Origin: Octopus sinensis
Lineage: Eukaryota
DNA: 25,317 bases
Assembly: GCF_006345805.1 (NCBI RefSeq)
Contig: NW_021836439.1
Location: forward strand, 1 to 25,317
Direction of reading: 5' to 3'
Positions within the stretch are counted from its first letter, which is position 1, and every line of letters starts with the position of its first letter. The notes under the pieces were generated by a model. The model was not told the DNA's origin. It searched no databases and saw only the letters and a list, made by a program, of their open reading frames with translations. A program made the position numbers and the translations under genes. Shown here piece by piece: positions 1 through 10,633 of the stretch.

Positions 1-2232
1 AACGGCGACCACACCTGTTCACCGTCATCTACATAGAGCCAGAGATGTCGCAGTCTCAGCGCGTGTCTGCGCATCATCAACCACGGCATGCCCAGCCCTC
101 CTTTTAACGGGTGTTGACAGCAAATGGATCGCCTGACCATCGGGACGCATCCTTTCCACAAGAAGCGAAAGAGGATGCGTTGTAGTTTGGTGATGGTAGG
201 TCGGGACAAGGTACGACGGTCAGGCGGTAGTAGATGACGGACGCGATGTAACGTGTTCGCCACCTCCGCTCGACCTTTTAGGGACAGTTTCCTCTCGGCC
301 CATTGCCGGGCGAGAGTGACCACCCTACTCGTTATCTCGTTCCAGTTCTTCTCCACTTGGAGGTCCGACCAAACCAGACCCCGAGCAACTCAACCGGCCG
401 CCGTCGGTCCAGCGTCCCACGACGGAGGCGCTGTGGACGCATGGGCTTGCTTCTCCAGGTGCCTAGTCGCAAGCCCACTGACTTTTCCCGGTTGATTTTC
501 GCTCCTGTCACCGCTTCGTAGTTTTTTCAGTGTCTCGCCGACCAGCTCGATGTGCTCGTGGCTAGACACTATGACGGTGACGTCGTCCGCGTATGCAGAC
601 ACGCTCGTCCCCATCCCAATTCTCGCGGGATGCCCCTTAGATTCGCCAGCTTCCGCAGTAGTGGCTCAAGAGTCAATACGTATAGAAGCGCCGAGAGGGG
701 GCATCCCTGACGGACCGAACGTGCAATGTGGAAAGGTCTCGATAGATGTCCATTTACGCGAATTACCGAACGGATGCCTCTGTACAAGGCAGCTATCCAG
801 CCGCGGAAGACGGGACCGAAACCACCAGCCGCTCTCAGGACTGCCTCAAGTATCGATGGTCTACCCTATCAAAGGCTTCGATTGATTCAAGTTGATCAGG
901 GCCCCACCCATGCCAGGTTCGTTAACTACCCTGTCTATGATGTAGCGCATCAGATGGAGGTTGTCATGGATGGTCCGGCCTGCACGGGCGCATGTTTGCG
1001 CCTTGTCGACCAGTTTCTCGATGACAAGCGCCAACCTCTTGGCTAGCACCTTGGCCAAATTTTCAAGTCTGCATTAAAGCAGAGTGATGGGCCTAAAGTT
1101 ATCTATTACATTTCCCTTGTTTAGATCTTTCTCACAGTGTTACGGCTCCTCGGCTCACAAACCAGGAATGCTCCCCGTTTTGCTGCCAGTTGCAGTACAC
1201 CGCCGCCAAGAGATCTCCAAAACAAGTCTGGCATACATTGTAAAGCTCGTAGGGTAGACCATCCAAACCCGGTGATTTGTCCCTCGAGCATTCTGCCATC
1301 GCTTCCCGCACTTCCGCCGCCGTGATGGCACCTTCGCAGCAACCTGCCTTCTTGTCGAGAGTCGTGGTAGGCTATGTAGGTAGGCACTGAAGTCCACCCT
1401 ACGTTCTTGCCCTCCACTCGTTCCGAACAGTCGGGCAAAATGCTGCTGAAAGGCCTCACACATTTTACTGGCTCGAGCAATTCGCGCCCCTTTCATCTAC
1501 CAGTGACCGAATGGTGGCTTTGTTGCCCTGTTGCGCCTCTGCCACCCGGGCCTCTCCCGCGGCTCCAACACCTTCGTTCCTTAAGCACGCATCCTAGCTC
1601 TGACAGCACATCCTTCGTGTTTGGCGTTGAAGTGTTGGTCGAGGGCCAACCTTGCCGCCAAAACGTCGGATGCGATGCCGCTTCTAATTGCCTCTTCTAG
1701 CTTCTTAACTAGCTCACCCTCTACTCTATTTCTATCTATGGCTAGTGCTTTGCTGTACCTAATCGCTTCTGCTTTTACTGCTCTCTTGAGGGCAAACCAC
1801 CATTTGTTGTTGATGATGGCTCCCGTCAAAGCCCTCTTTACTAGTGTGCTAATCCGGTCTCTGAATACCTGTCTCGATGGGAAAGACGCGTTTAGTTTCC
1901 AGTATCCGGGACCCTGCCTAAGTGTCTTACCTAAGTCTAGCGTACATGTCACAAGTTTGTGATCCGTGTAGCTGACTATGTGGATTGTGGACATCCTATG
2001 CTATCTCTATCTACTGTCCTACACAGTATCCTATCTAGATACGATCTCGACGACCCGATGCGGTGCTCCATCCCGTTGGCGCATTCGGTGGTCTAGTTGG
2101 AACCTGTCAGACAGTTGAAAGCGTCTGAGCAGGTCTCTGAGGCATTTACATCCCCGTCTATTCCTATCTCTGCCCACGTAGTCCAAGGAAGCATTCCAAT
2201 CCCCCACTAAGAGTAAAGGACGAGACGTTCCC

Positions 2233-2233
<1 letters not shown>
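1..2233 (-). mobile_element. Tx1/L1-clade non-LTR retrotransposon ORF2 region (partial AP endonuclease plus reverse transcriptase), frameshifted, 5'-truncated, running off the left edge
   Basis: Minus-strand translations give ordered LINE ORF2 motifs: [17 protein letters not shown] and YTDHKLV (EEP endonuclease); GPGYWKLNAS; AKVLAKRL..AQTC..GRTIHDNLHLMRYII; SVRQGCPLSALLYVLTLEPLLRKL; VSAYADDVTVIV (RT catalytic); WAERKLSLKGRAEV..FRFLWKG..HPLKGGLGMP. Motifs are split over several frames. The 5' junction abuts (GATA)n at 2235. Confidence 0.95.
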
Positions 2234-2234
<1 letters not shown>

Positions 2235-2307
<73 letters not shown>

Positions 2308-2321
2308 GTAGGTAGATAGAT

Positions 2322-2363
<42 letters not shown>

Positions 2364-2376
2364 GTAGGTAGGTATG

Positions 2377-2407
<31 letters not shown>

Positions 2408-2454
2408 GTAGGTAGGTAGGTAGATAGATAGATAGAAAGATAGATAGATAGATA
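2235..2454. repeat. (GATA)n microsatellite with GGTA/GAAA variants
   Basis: Directly visible tetranucleotide array. Confidence 0.99.
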
Positions 2455-2618
2455 TTTTCTTTTAGCCCACACAGGGCTGCACACAGAAGAACAAATTACA
2501 AGGTAGAGCTTTTCTTTTGAAGGTTAAAAAAAAAAAAAAATAAAGGAAGGGGGAGTTTCGATCAAAAGGGATCGTAAAAGGAGAGAAGAGGACAAAAAAG
2601 GGGGGTTAAAAAAAAAAA

Positions 2619-2621
<3 letters not shown>
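2455..2621 (-). mobile_element. Very short (~167 bp) 3'-end-only copy of the same LINE
   Basis: Matches the terminal 3' UTR of the copies at 2682 and 3872 (CACACAGGGCTGCACACAG, CGATCAAAAGGGATCG); GATA arrays on both sides; AATAAA is altered in this copy. Confidence 0.93.

Positions 2622-2681
<60 letters not shown>
2622..2681. repeat. (GATA)15 microsatellite
   Basis: Directly visible. Confidence 0.99.
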
Positions 2682-2683
<2 letters not shown>

Positions 2684-3790
2684 GTGTTCTTTATTAGCCA
2701 CACAGGGCTGCACACAGATAGAACAAATTACAAGGTAGAAGCTTTTTCTTTTGAAGGTTTAAAAAAAAAAAAAAAAGAGAAAATAGGAAGGGGGAGTTTC
2801 GATCAAAAGGGATCGTAAAAGGAGAGAAAGAGGACAAAAAAGGGGGGTTAAAAAAAAAGGGGGGAGGAAGAAAAAAAGAGAAAAAAAAAAAAAAAAATTG
2901 ATCAATAGGGATCGTTATCACAGAAATGTCAATATGAAGTGTAAAGGGAGGAGGTGAGGTTTACCCGTGGAAAGAAAAGCCTACGGAAAGACCACGGTAA
3001 CCTCGGTCAATGGAGTCACATTTTATATTCTTTTTTTTTTTTTTTTTGCAAATAAGCAACTCTCTGTTTTTCAATTTCTGGGTTCATAGGATCATGCTCA
3101 AGGTGGCTTCGTCATTCATACGTGCCATTCTTGCTACATTCACCCATCTTTTTTTAAAACATTCGCTAGACAAAACTTGCCTCTCTACTCTCACTTTCCT
3201 TTTCAAGTGGTACTTGAAGAAGTTGATGAGAGATTGACCAGAGAGGAAAGTGTTTGTCTCCAATCCTTTCAGACGCGTCCCCACCAGACATTCTTTCGCC
3301 ATAGCCACAAGGATGATGAAAATAGCTCTTCCTTCCCGTTTGAAGGAGGGAGGCGTGACAATATAACGATAGATTCAGCTGATAAACCGACTCGTCCCAC
3401 ACGTGACAGCAGTTGTTCGACATAAGCCCACAGGTCGGAAAGTGTTGGACACTGCACGAGTGCGTGCAGAACGGTTTCGGTCGCTCTGACCGCATCTCGG
3501 GCAGGTCGGCCCCGTGTTTCTCGAGCCGTGTCTGTAGAGCTTATCCCGAACGGGTAGCGCTTCTCGGTAGCACTGCCAGGCCAGGGATCTCTGGAAGTTG
3601 TCCATGGGCCCTGGCCCGAAAGTCGTCCTGAACAGGCGGGTCAGGTACTCCTCGTCGACGTCCAGGTTCGCCCCGAGCTCGTCGTCGTACCTCCCCTCCA
3701 CTAAACCCCTATAGAATGCTTTGGTTGTGTTGAAGTCACTTAAGGTCGACCCAGGACGGCAGAGTTGCTTGAGAGCAACGCGACACTCGC
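2682..3790 (-). mobile_element. 5'-truncated Tx1/L1-clade LINE copy: ORF2 C-terminus with zf-RVT CCHC knuckle plus ~400-nt 3' UTR
   Basis: Reads [31 protein letters not shown](ETVLHALVQ)C (C-X2-C-X8-H-X4-C, split by a frameshift here)..MNDEATLSMIL* with stop at 3084-3086. The 3' UTR ends GGCTAATAAAGAACACAT then (TATC)n. Confidence 0.95.

Positions 3791-3791
<1 letters not shown>

Positions 3792-3871
<80 letters not shown>
3792..3871. repeat. (GATA)20 microsatellite
   Basis: Directly visible. Confidence 0.99.
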
Positions 3872-4963
3872 TGTTTCTTTATTAGCCACACAGGGCTGCA
3901 CACAGATAGAACAAATTACAAGGCAGAGCTTTTCTTTTGAAGGTTTAAAAAAAAAAAACAGAAAGGAAGGGGGAGTTTCGATCAAAAGGGATCGTAAAAG
4001 GAGAGAAAGAGACAAAAGAATGGGGGTGTTAAAAAAAAAAAAAAAGGGGGAGAGGAAAAAAAAATTGATCAATAGGGATCGTTATCACAGAAATGTCAAT
4101 ATGAAGTGTAAAGGGGAGGACAGGTGAGGTTTACCCGTGGAAAGAAAAGCCTACGGAAAAGACCACGGTAACCTCGGTCAATGAAGTCACATTTTATATT
4201 TCTTTTTTTTTTTTTTTTTTTTTTGCAAATAAGCAACTCTCTGTTTTCGATTTCTGGGTTCATAGGACTATGCTCAAGGTGGCTTCGTCATTCATACGTG
4301 CCATTCTTGCTACATTCACCCATCTTTTTTAAAACATTCGCTAGACAAAACTTGCCTCTCTACTCTCACTTTCCTTTTCAAGTGGTATTTGAAGAAGTTG
4401 ATGAGAGATTGACCAGAGAGGAAAGTGTTTGTCTCCATCCTTTCAGACGCGTCCACCAGATACATTCTTTCGCCATAGCCACAAGGATGATGAAAATAGC
4501 TCTTCCTTCCCGTTTGAAGGAAGGAGGCGTGACAATATTGACGATAGACTCAGCTGATAAACCGACTCGTCCAACACGTGACAGCAGTTGTTCGACATAA
4601 GCCCACAGTCGGAAATTGTTGGACACTGAACGAGTGCGTGCAGAACGGTTTCGTCGCTCTGACCGCATCTCGGGCAGGTCGGCCCCGTGTTTCTCGAGCC
4701 GTGTCCTGTAGAGCTTATCCCGAACGGGTAGCGCTTCTCGGTAGCACTGCCAGGCCAGGGATCTCTGGAAGTTGTCCATGGGCCCTGGCCCGAAAGTCGT
4801 CCCGACAGGCGGGTCAGGTACTCCTCGTCGACGTCCAGGTTCGCCCCGAGCTCGTCGTCGTACCTCCCCTCCACTAAACCCCTATAGAATGCTTTGGTTG
4901 TGTTGAAGTCACTTAAGGTCGACCCAGGACGGCAGAGTTGCTTGAGAGCAACGCGACACTCGC
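3872..4963 (-). mobile_element. Second 5'-truncated LINE copy with the same truncation point as 2682-3790
   Basis: Collinear with 2682-3790; contains TCPRCGQSDETVLHALVQCP in one frame; stop at 4260-4262; 3' end GGCTAATAAAGAAACA then (TATC)n. Confidence 0.95.
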
Positions 4964-4972
4964 GGTAGATAG

Positions 4973-5003
<31 letters not shown>

Positions 5004-5026
5004 GGTAGGTAGGTAGGTAGATAGAT

Positions 5027-5084
<58 letters not shown>

Positions 5085-5145
5085 GTAGATAGATAGATAG
5101 ATAGATAAATAGACAGATAGACAGATAGATAGATAGATAGATAGC

Positions 5146-5197
<52 letters not shown>

Positions 5198-5206
5198 GAG
5201 AGAGAG
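4964..5206. repeat. (GATA)n array with GGTA/GACA variants, ending in (GA)n
   Basis: Directly visible; lies upstream (element sense) of the whole LINE chain. Confidence 0.99.
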
Positions 5207-5734
5207 GTGGGGGGAAGAGACAGAGAATACCTAGTCACGTTTTAATGAATATCCTGTAAGGCAAGGCGACTAGAAAATCCGTCGAGGAGATATCGAAGAT
5301 ATAACAATGAATTCGGTGGCTGTAGAAAGCGTTTAAAGGAGAGAAATATCTCTCTCTCTCTCTCCTTCTGTCTCTCTCGCAATCTTTCTCTTTCTTTTTC
5401 TTCCCCTTTCCCCCTTTTTTTTGTCTTTTTCAATAAACGAAGGTAATTTTTCATTCGGGAGAAGAAACAGACGACAAAAAAATGCCAGTGGGGCAAATAT
5501 AACGGACTGTAAGAGCCAGGGAAATTTCAGCTTTGCCATTGACGGTCATAAATGGTACGAATGCATGACAAGGACAAAACAGTCTCGAAGTAAACTCCCA
5601 AAGACAAAAACATCACAAAGACTGAACCACCCGTCAAAGAGTCCCCCCAGGACAAAATCTTCTTTGAGGAAATAAACAACGACCCTATGTATAAAATGCA
5701 AAACAATACAAAAATACTTTGATTAAGAAAAGTG

Positions 5735-5990
5735 ACTTTCTTTTATAGTTCTTTTAGTTGTTTTGGTCACTGAAGTGCGGCCATAATGTGGCATCGATTT
5801 TAAGGCTTTCAGTCGAACAAACCGACACCAGCACTTATTTTAAATCTGGTATCTATTCTGTCGGTCTCTTTTTACCGAACAACTAAGTTACGGGGACGTA
5901 ATCAAATCAAAGCGTTGGTGGGGTACAAAACAAACGCAAACACAGACACACACACACATGCACATACACACACATGCACATGCACACAAG
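5735..5990 (-). mobile_element. Diverged 3' half of tRNA-derived SINE type 1
   Basis: Reverse complement aligns to 19820-20020 (ACGTCCCCGTAACTTAG, AGAGACCGA.AGAATA, GTTCGACT, ATGGCCGCA). Confidence 0.8.
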
Positions 5991-6108
5991 GCTTTGGTCG
6001 GTCAGAGGATATAGTTGATCTAATCGACTGGCCCCCTCCCCAAAATTTCGGGTCTTGTGCCTAGAGCAGAAGAGAATATGGTCTTAGTTTTCTTCATCAA
6101 AGATAAAA

Positions 6109-6325
6109 CGTGGAGGCATTGAAAGGTTCCTGGCTTAGAGTAAAAGAAAATACAGAAGGGTCAGTTAATTATGATGTGATTCAGCATATTCTCCTCCCAG
6201 GTTCATACACTTCAGGCAGCGGCCCTTCAGTTTTTTCTAAGCCCTGTAAAAGAACTCTGAAGGTTTGGCCTCCAACCAGGCCTTTCGCAACACCCTTAAA
6301 ACCAAGAACTTTTCAGCACTCCTCG
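6109..6325 (-). mobile_element. Mariner-derived MITE (internally deleted; imperfect TIRs and transposase C-terminal remnant)
   Basis: Left end CGTGGAGGCATTGAAAGGTTCCTGGCTT resembles the reverse complement of the right end, CGAGGAGTGCTGAAAAGTTCTTGGTTT; TA follows the right end (6326-6327). The minus strand reads AWLEAKPSEFFYRA*KKLKGRCLKCMNLGGEYAE, like the mariner C-terminal W..K..EF..GI.KL..RW.KC...G.Y.E motif. Confidence 0.75.
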
Positions 6326-6501
6326 TATGTATGTATGTATGTATGTATGTATGTATGTATGTGTATGTATGTATGTATGTATGTGTGTATGTATGTATGT
6401 ATGTATGTATGTATGTATGTATGTATGTATGTGTGTATGTATGTATGTATGTATGTATGTATGTATGTATGTATGTATGTATGTATGTATGTATGTATGT
6501 A
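6326..6501. repeat. (TATG)n microsatellite
   Basis: Directly visible. Confidence 0.99.
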
Positions 6502-6517
6502 TACATACATGCATACT

Positions 6518-6963
6518 AAAACAGGACAAGAACGCAAAACATCCAGACAGTTAGGTGATACAAAAAAAGGACAATAAAACATCTAGAAAGACGATACAAA
6601 GAAAACAAGAACGGGTCATTTGGAGTTTTCTTTCCTCAATCGAGTTCCAGATTATCTTTACAATTTCGGCTGGTTATACTCAAGATTGCTCCAATCTGGC
6701 CAGCCCCAAGGAAAAACTAAGCTAGATTCCTTGGAAGAAAGCAGCGAATTTATACGAAAACAAGGACGGAAAAAAACGGAGAAATGGTACACAAGTATAA
6801 ATAACAGGACATTAACAACGGGTGTCTTTCGACTAAGGACAAATTAAATTAAGCTGGCGTGTGTGGAAGTAAAGCCTTACGGCAGGGACATAAGGGAGGA
6901 ATACAGATGTATTTTTTTTGTATCACCTAACTATCTGGATGTTTTGCGTTCTTGTCCTATTTT
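6518..6963. mobile_element. ~446-bp element bounded by 51-bp inverted repeats (MITE/foldback-like)
   Basis: 6518-6568 is the reverse complement of 6913-6963 at 49/51 positions; a degenerate sub-repeat follows the left arm (6569-6612); no clear TSD. Confidence 0.6.
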
Positions 6964-7007
6964 TGCAATTTTATATATATAAAAATATAGCGGCGTATGT
7001 ACACTTT

Positions 7008-7009
<2 letters not shown>

Positions 7010-7055
<46 letters not shown>

Positions 7056-7085
7056 GCTATATACATATATATATACATATATGTA

Positions 7086-7126
<41 letters not shown>

Positions 7127-7221
7127 GTACATATATATATACACATATATATAAATGTATATATATATATGTATATATATATCTATATGTGTGTATATAT
7201 ATATATATGTGTATATATATA

Positions 7222-7266
<45 letters not shown>

Positions 7267-7277
7267 GTATATATATG
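7010..7277. repeat. (CT)n followed by (TA)n/(TG)n compound microsatellite
   Basis: Directly visible. Confidence 0.97.
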
Positions 7278-7455
7278 TACGACGGGCTGCCACGCAGCTT
7301 CCGTCTTCCGAATTCACTCACAAAGCCTTAGTCTGCTCGGGAAGGTGGGGGGGGGGACTATAGTAAATGGCACTTGTCCCAGATGCCGCGGCGCAGCGGG
7401 GGACTGAAACCGAGAACACGCGGTTGCAAAACGACCACCACATAGCCATGCCACC
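7275..7455 (-). mobile_element. Diverged 5' head/middle of SINE type 1
   Basis: Reverse complement GGTGGCATGGCTATGTGG..GGTTTCAGTCCC..GGACAAGTGCC..ACTATAG..GTGAGTGAATT matches the A/B-box head of 19642-20024. Confidence 0.7.
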
Positions 7456-7852
7456 AAATACGTTATAATAATTAAAACTTTCAAAGGAAAAAAAAAAATC
7501 GTAATAAAAAACGATGAATTTATTAATTATTTAATTTTCGTAGTAAGTTAGCACAAACAGCCTTGTAATAAACGTATCTCAACAGCAGAGACCGCTTGAT
7601 GGGATTACATTCGTAATGTAAATCCAAATACGTTTCCTAGGTAACGCAATGATCTGTAGAGTGGGTGGTATCATTTATTAATAAGGTAGCAATGAGAAAT
7701 TTATTATAAGTGTTCTACCATAAATTAATTCACGAATCCTATATTTAAATCGCGCTGCTTTATAGAAGAAAATTATTTTCACAACCATAAAAAAATTAAC
7801 ATATTTTTTTTTTTTTAATATCATTTTATCTTTGATGAAGAAAACTAAGACC

Positions 7853-7996
7853 ATATTCTTTTCTGCTCAAGGCACAAAACCTGAAATTTTGGGGGACGGG
7901 GGGTAGTCGATTAGATCAACTGTATCCTCTGGCCGACCAAAGCCTTGTGAATGGATTTGGCGGATAGACACTGAAATGAATCCCGTCGTTTGTACG

Positions 7997-8028
<32 letters not shown>

Positions 8029-8106
8029 TGTATGTATGTATGTATGTAGTATGTATGTATGTATGTATGTATGTATGTATGTATGTATGTATGTATGTAT
8101 GTGTGT

Positions 8107-8184
<78 letters not shown>

Positions 8185-8450
8185 TGTTTGTCTGTGTGTG
8201 TGTACGTAAGGGGGTTGTGGCTGTGTTTGCCCACCACTACCGCTTAACCATCGGCGTTGGTGTGTCTACGTCGCCGTAACTTAGCGGTTCGGCAAAAGAA
8301 AGCGATAGAATAAGCACCAGGCTTAGAAAAACGGTAAGTCCTGGGGTAGATTTGTTCGACTAAAACACTTCAAAGTGGTGTTCCAGCATGGCCGCAATCA
8401 AATGACAGAAGCAAGTAAAAGGATAGAAGATAAAAGATGGCGGTAAATTC
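7853..8450 (+). mobile_element. Chimera: SINE type 2 3' end (minus strand, ~7853-7920) fused to a headless SINE type 1 (plus strand, ~7921-8450) with an expanded internal (TATG)n/(TG)n
   Basis: AGGCACAA..GAAATTTTGGGG..AGTCGATTAGATC, then GGCCGACCAAAGCCTTGTG..CGTAACTTAGCGGTTCGGCAAAAG..CCAGCATGGCCGCA. Confidence 0.8.
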
Positions 8451-8639
8451 GAAAGATAGCCATCAAAGGAGAGGCTCTGATCCAGAGCCTGCTCTTAAAT
8501 GCATAAGACTTCTCCAGTCTGGTGTCCGTTGAGGAAAGCTGAAGCAAAAACAGTCAACGTAGCGAAAGTCTGTCGAAAAACAACAACAACAGCAACAACA
8601 ACAACATTTCGAGTAAAGCCACCATCAACATGAACAGAA

Positions 8640-8765
8640 GCTTGCTTGGGTTCGGGTTCAATCCCAGTGTGCGACATCTTGAAAAAGTGTCTTCAGCTAT
8701 ATAGCATCCTCGGTTGATCATTGTGAGTGAATTTGGTAGACGGGAAACGTGAATGTGTGTGTGTG
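8640..8765 (+). mobile_element. Degenerate SINE type 1 head/middle fragment
   Basis: GGTTCAATCCC B-box-like motif, AAGTGTCTTC, TTGTGAGTGAATTTGGTAGACGG. Confidence 0.55.
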
Positions 8766-10056
8766 AAAAGATAGCTTAAACTGTGCTCTAAATGGAGGTG
8801 TAGTCAAATCCTATTTTATGGACTCAACCATGTTCTAAAATAAGTCGAAAGGTAAGCTACTATAAATCAGCACGAACTTTCCGGACAATCCAATAACTAT
8901 ATCTGTCGATAGAAGCAGTACTTTTCAGTCATTGTTTAAATATTTGTTAATATAACATACTTAATGCATGTTTGTGATTGAATGACCAGAAGCTGTGGTT
9001 TTAACTATCCTCATACGTTATTTTTTTTATATTAATAAAATTTTTACCATGGAGCAGTTTCTATAGCACAATACGAATTTTATTCTGCTTATGCGGCGCC
9101 TTTGCAAACCAGTATACAGTTAATACATTATCTCTATATACTTTAGACTGGCTGATTTGATTTTGTTTCGGAAGTGACACGAATACGCTACATTGAAAGC
9201 ACATATCTATCGCTCTCGTGGTTACTTTCAGTCGATTTCATTTCACCTAGCTTTAAAGAATATTTTCTTACCACTTTACATCATTAAAGGAATTTTTACC
9301 GGACGAAAACCCACAGCCTCTGGGGTTTTCAACCACACACATACACGTTAAACATGATATTACTGATGAAGTTTTTACAACAGAGCTACTTCAATAGCGT
9401 AATTCGTGTTTTATTGATTAAATTTTTTTTTTTTATGTTGATAATTTAGACATTTCAGGGCTAAAATGTCGTTTAAAAAAAAATCATATTTAAAAAAAAG
9501 GAAGAGAAATAACAATTTTAATTAAACACCTGTACTTTTAGATTTTAAGTTCTTTATATGATTCCTGTTCTCCATTGTCACCATATCCATTCATTCACGT
9601 CATCAACGCCTCCTGGAGGAATAAACAGGCGTCATACACAGTCTCATGTAGTTTATCATATAATCTGTTAGAATTTAATTTAAGCTCAGCGTGTTTCTAT
9701 ATAAACGAATATATTTTAACTCCGAAGAACATGTTCCTACAGAATGCTAAACTGTGCTAAAGTGTCGAATGTCTACGGAAAATTATTTAACTCGATTAAA
9801 CGGCGATGCTAACACTGACAACATGTCATAGAAATGTAGAACAACCTATGCAGGTTCCACTTAATTCAGTTAATCTCTGAGATATTCCAGTAATTCCTTC
9901 CACTGCTAAAATGTTACAAAATTAATGTCACACACATTTACAAACAGCATATATCGGGCGTTTCATAAAAGCAACGAAATAAATAAAGGTTAACGATATT
10001 CTGCATTTTCATCGATCTGTTTGGTTCTGCAGGAATTTAACCCTTTTCATGATTCC

Positions 10057-10460
10057 AAATCATCACACAGAGAACTTTATCCCTAAATCTAACCCTAACT
10101 GTAAATATATCCCTAACCTCAGTATCCAGTTTATACCGTGAAATCATTTGATATTGATTAGGAATTGTGTTAGGGTTAAAGTTAGGGTGAGAGCTGGTAT
10201 TTAGAGTTAAGGTTAGAGTTAGCATTTGGGGTTAGGGTTTAAGGTTTAGGGTTTAGGCTTAGGATTAGGGTTTAGGGTTAGGATTAAAGTAAAAGTTCAG
10301 GGTTTGGATTTAAGGTTAGCTAGGGTTAGAGTTAGCATTTGGGGTTCGGGTTTAAGGTTTTGGGTTTAGGGTTAGGATTAAAGTAAAGGTTCAGTGTTTG
10401 GATTTAGGGTCAGAGTTTGCATTTGGGGTTAGGGTTTAAGGTTTAGGGTTTAGGGTTAGG
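10057..10460. repeat. Degenerate telomere-like repeat block (CCCTAA-type, then TTAGGG/TTTAGGG-type)
   Basis: CCCTAA units at ~10060-10098; many TTAGGG/TTTAGGG/TTAGAG units at 10169-10460; a higher-order unit GCATTTGGGGTT recurs at 10222, 10335 and 10419. Confidence 0.85.
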
Positions 10461-10633
10461 ATATACGAAGCCCAGTATACCCATCATGACTACCCGTCAA
10501 ATAAGGGTGCACCAGATACATGCATCACAACCATATGGGCGTGACATGATTTCACATCAAGATAAACAGCACATGACCTTGCAGGTGGGGCCCAGTTAGA
10601 ATTTTCTTCAGGTCGGGTAGCCTATCCTGCTCA
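10461..10633 (-). mobile_element. Internal fragment of the ~0.5-kb interspersed repeat seen at 23196 and 24099
   Basis: Reverse complement of GGGCCCCACCTGCAAGGTCATGTGCTGTTTA..CATATGGTTGTGATGCATG..GGGTAGTCATGATGGGTAT. Confidence 0.85.

Noticed and set aside
253-1962. Plus-strand ORFs over the LINE
   Set aside because: They are antisense shadows of the GC-rich ORF2 with no motifs.
5421-5700. Lys/Thr-rich plus-strand ORF fragments as a LINE ORF1 or gene
   Set aside because: They are on the wrong strand for the LINE chain, interrupted by stops, and show no motif.
6237-8247. YIHT/MYVC/IYLS-type ORFs (also 2164-2715 and 4909-5238)
   Set aside because: These are translations of (TATG)n, (TA)n and (GATA)n microsatellites.
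9272-9330. Possible 48-nt minus-strand exon and the GAAAACCC..GGGTTTTC hairpin; similar 8-bp hairpin at 8472-8490
   Set aside because: The acceptor is weak, and short hairpins of this size are plausible by chance in 25 kb.
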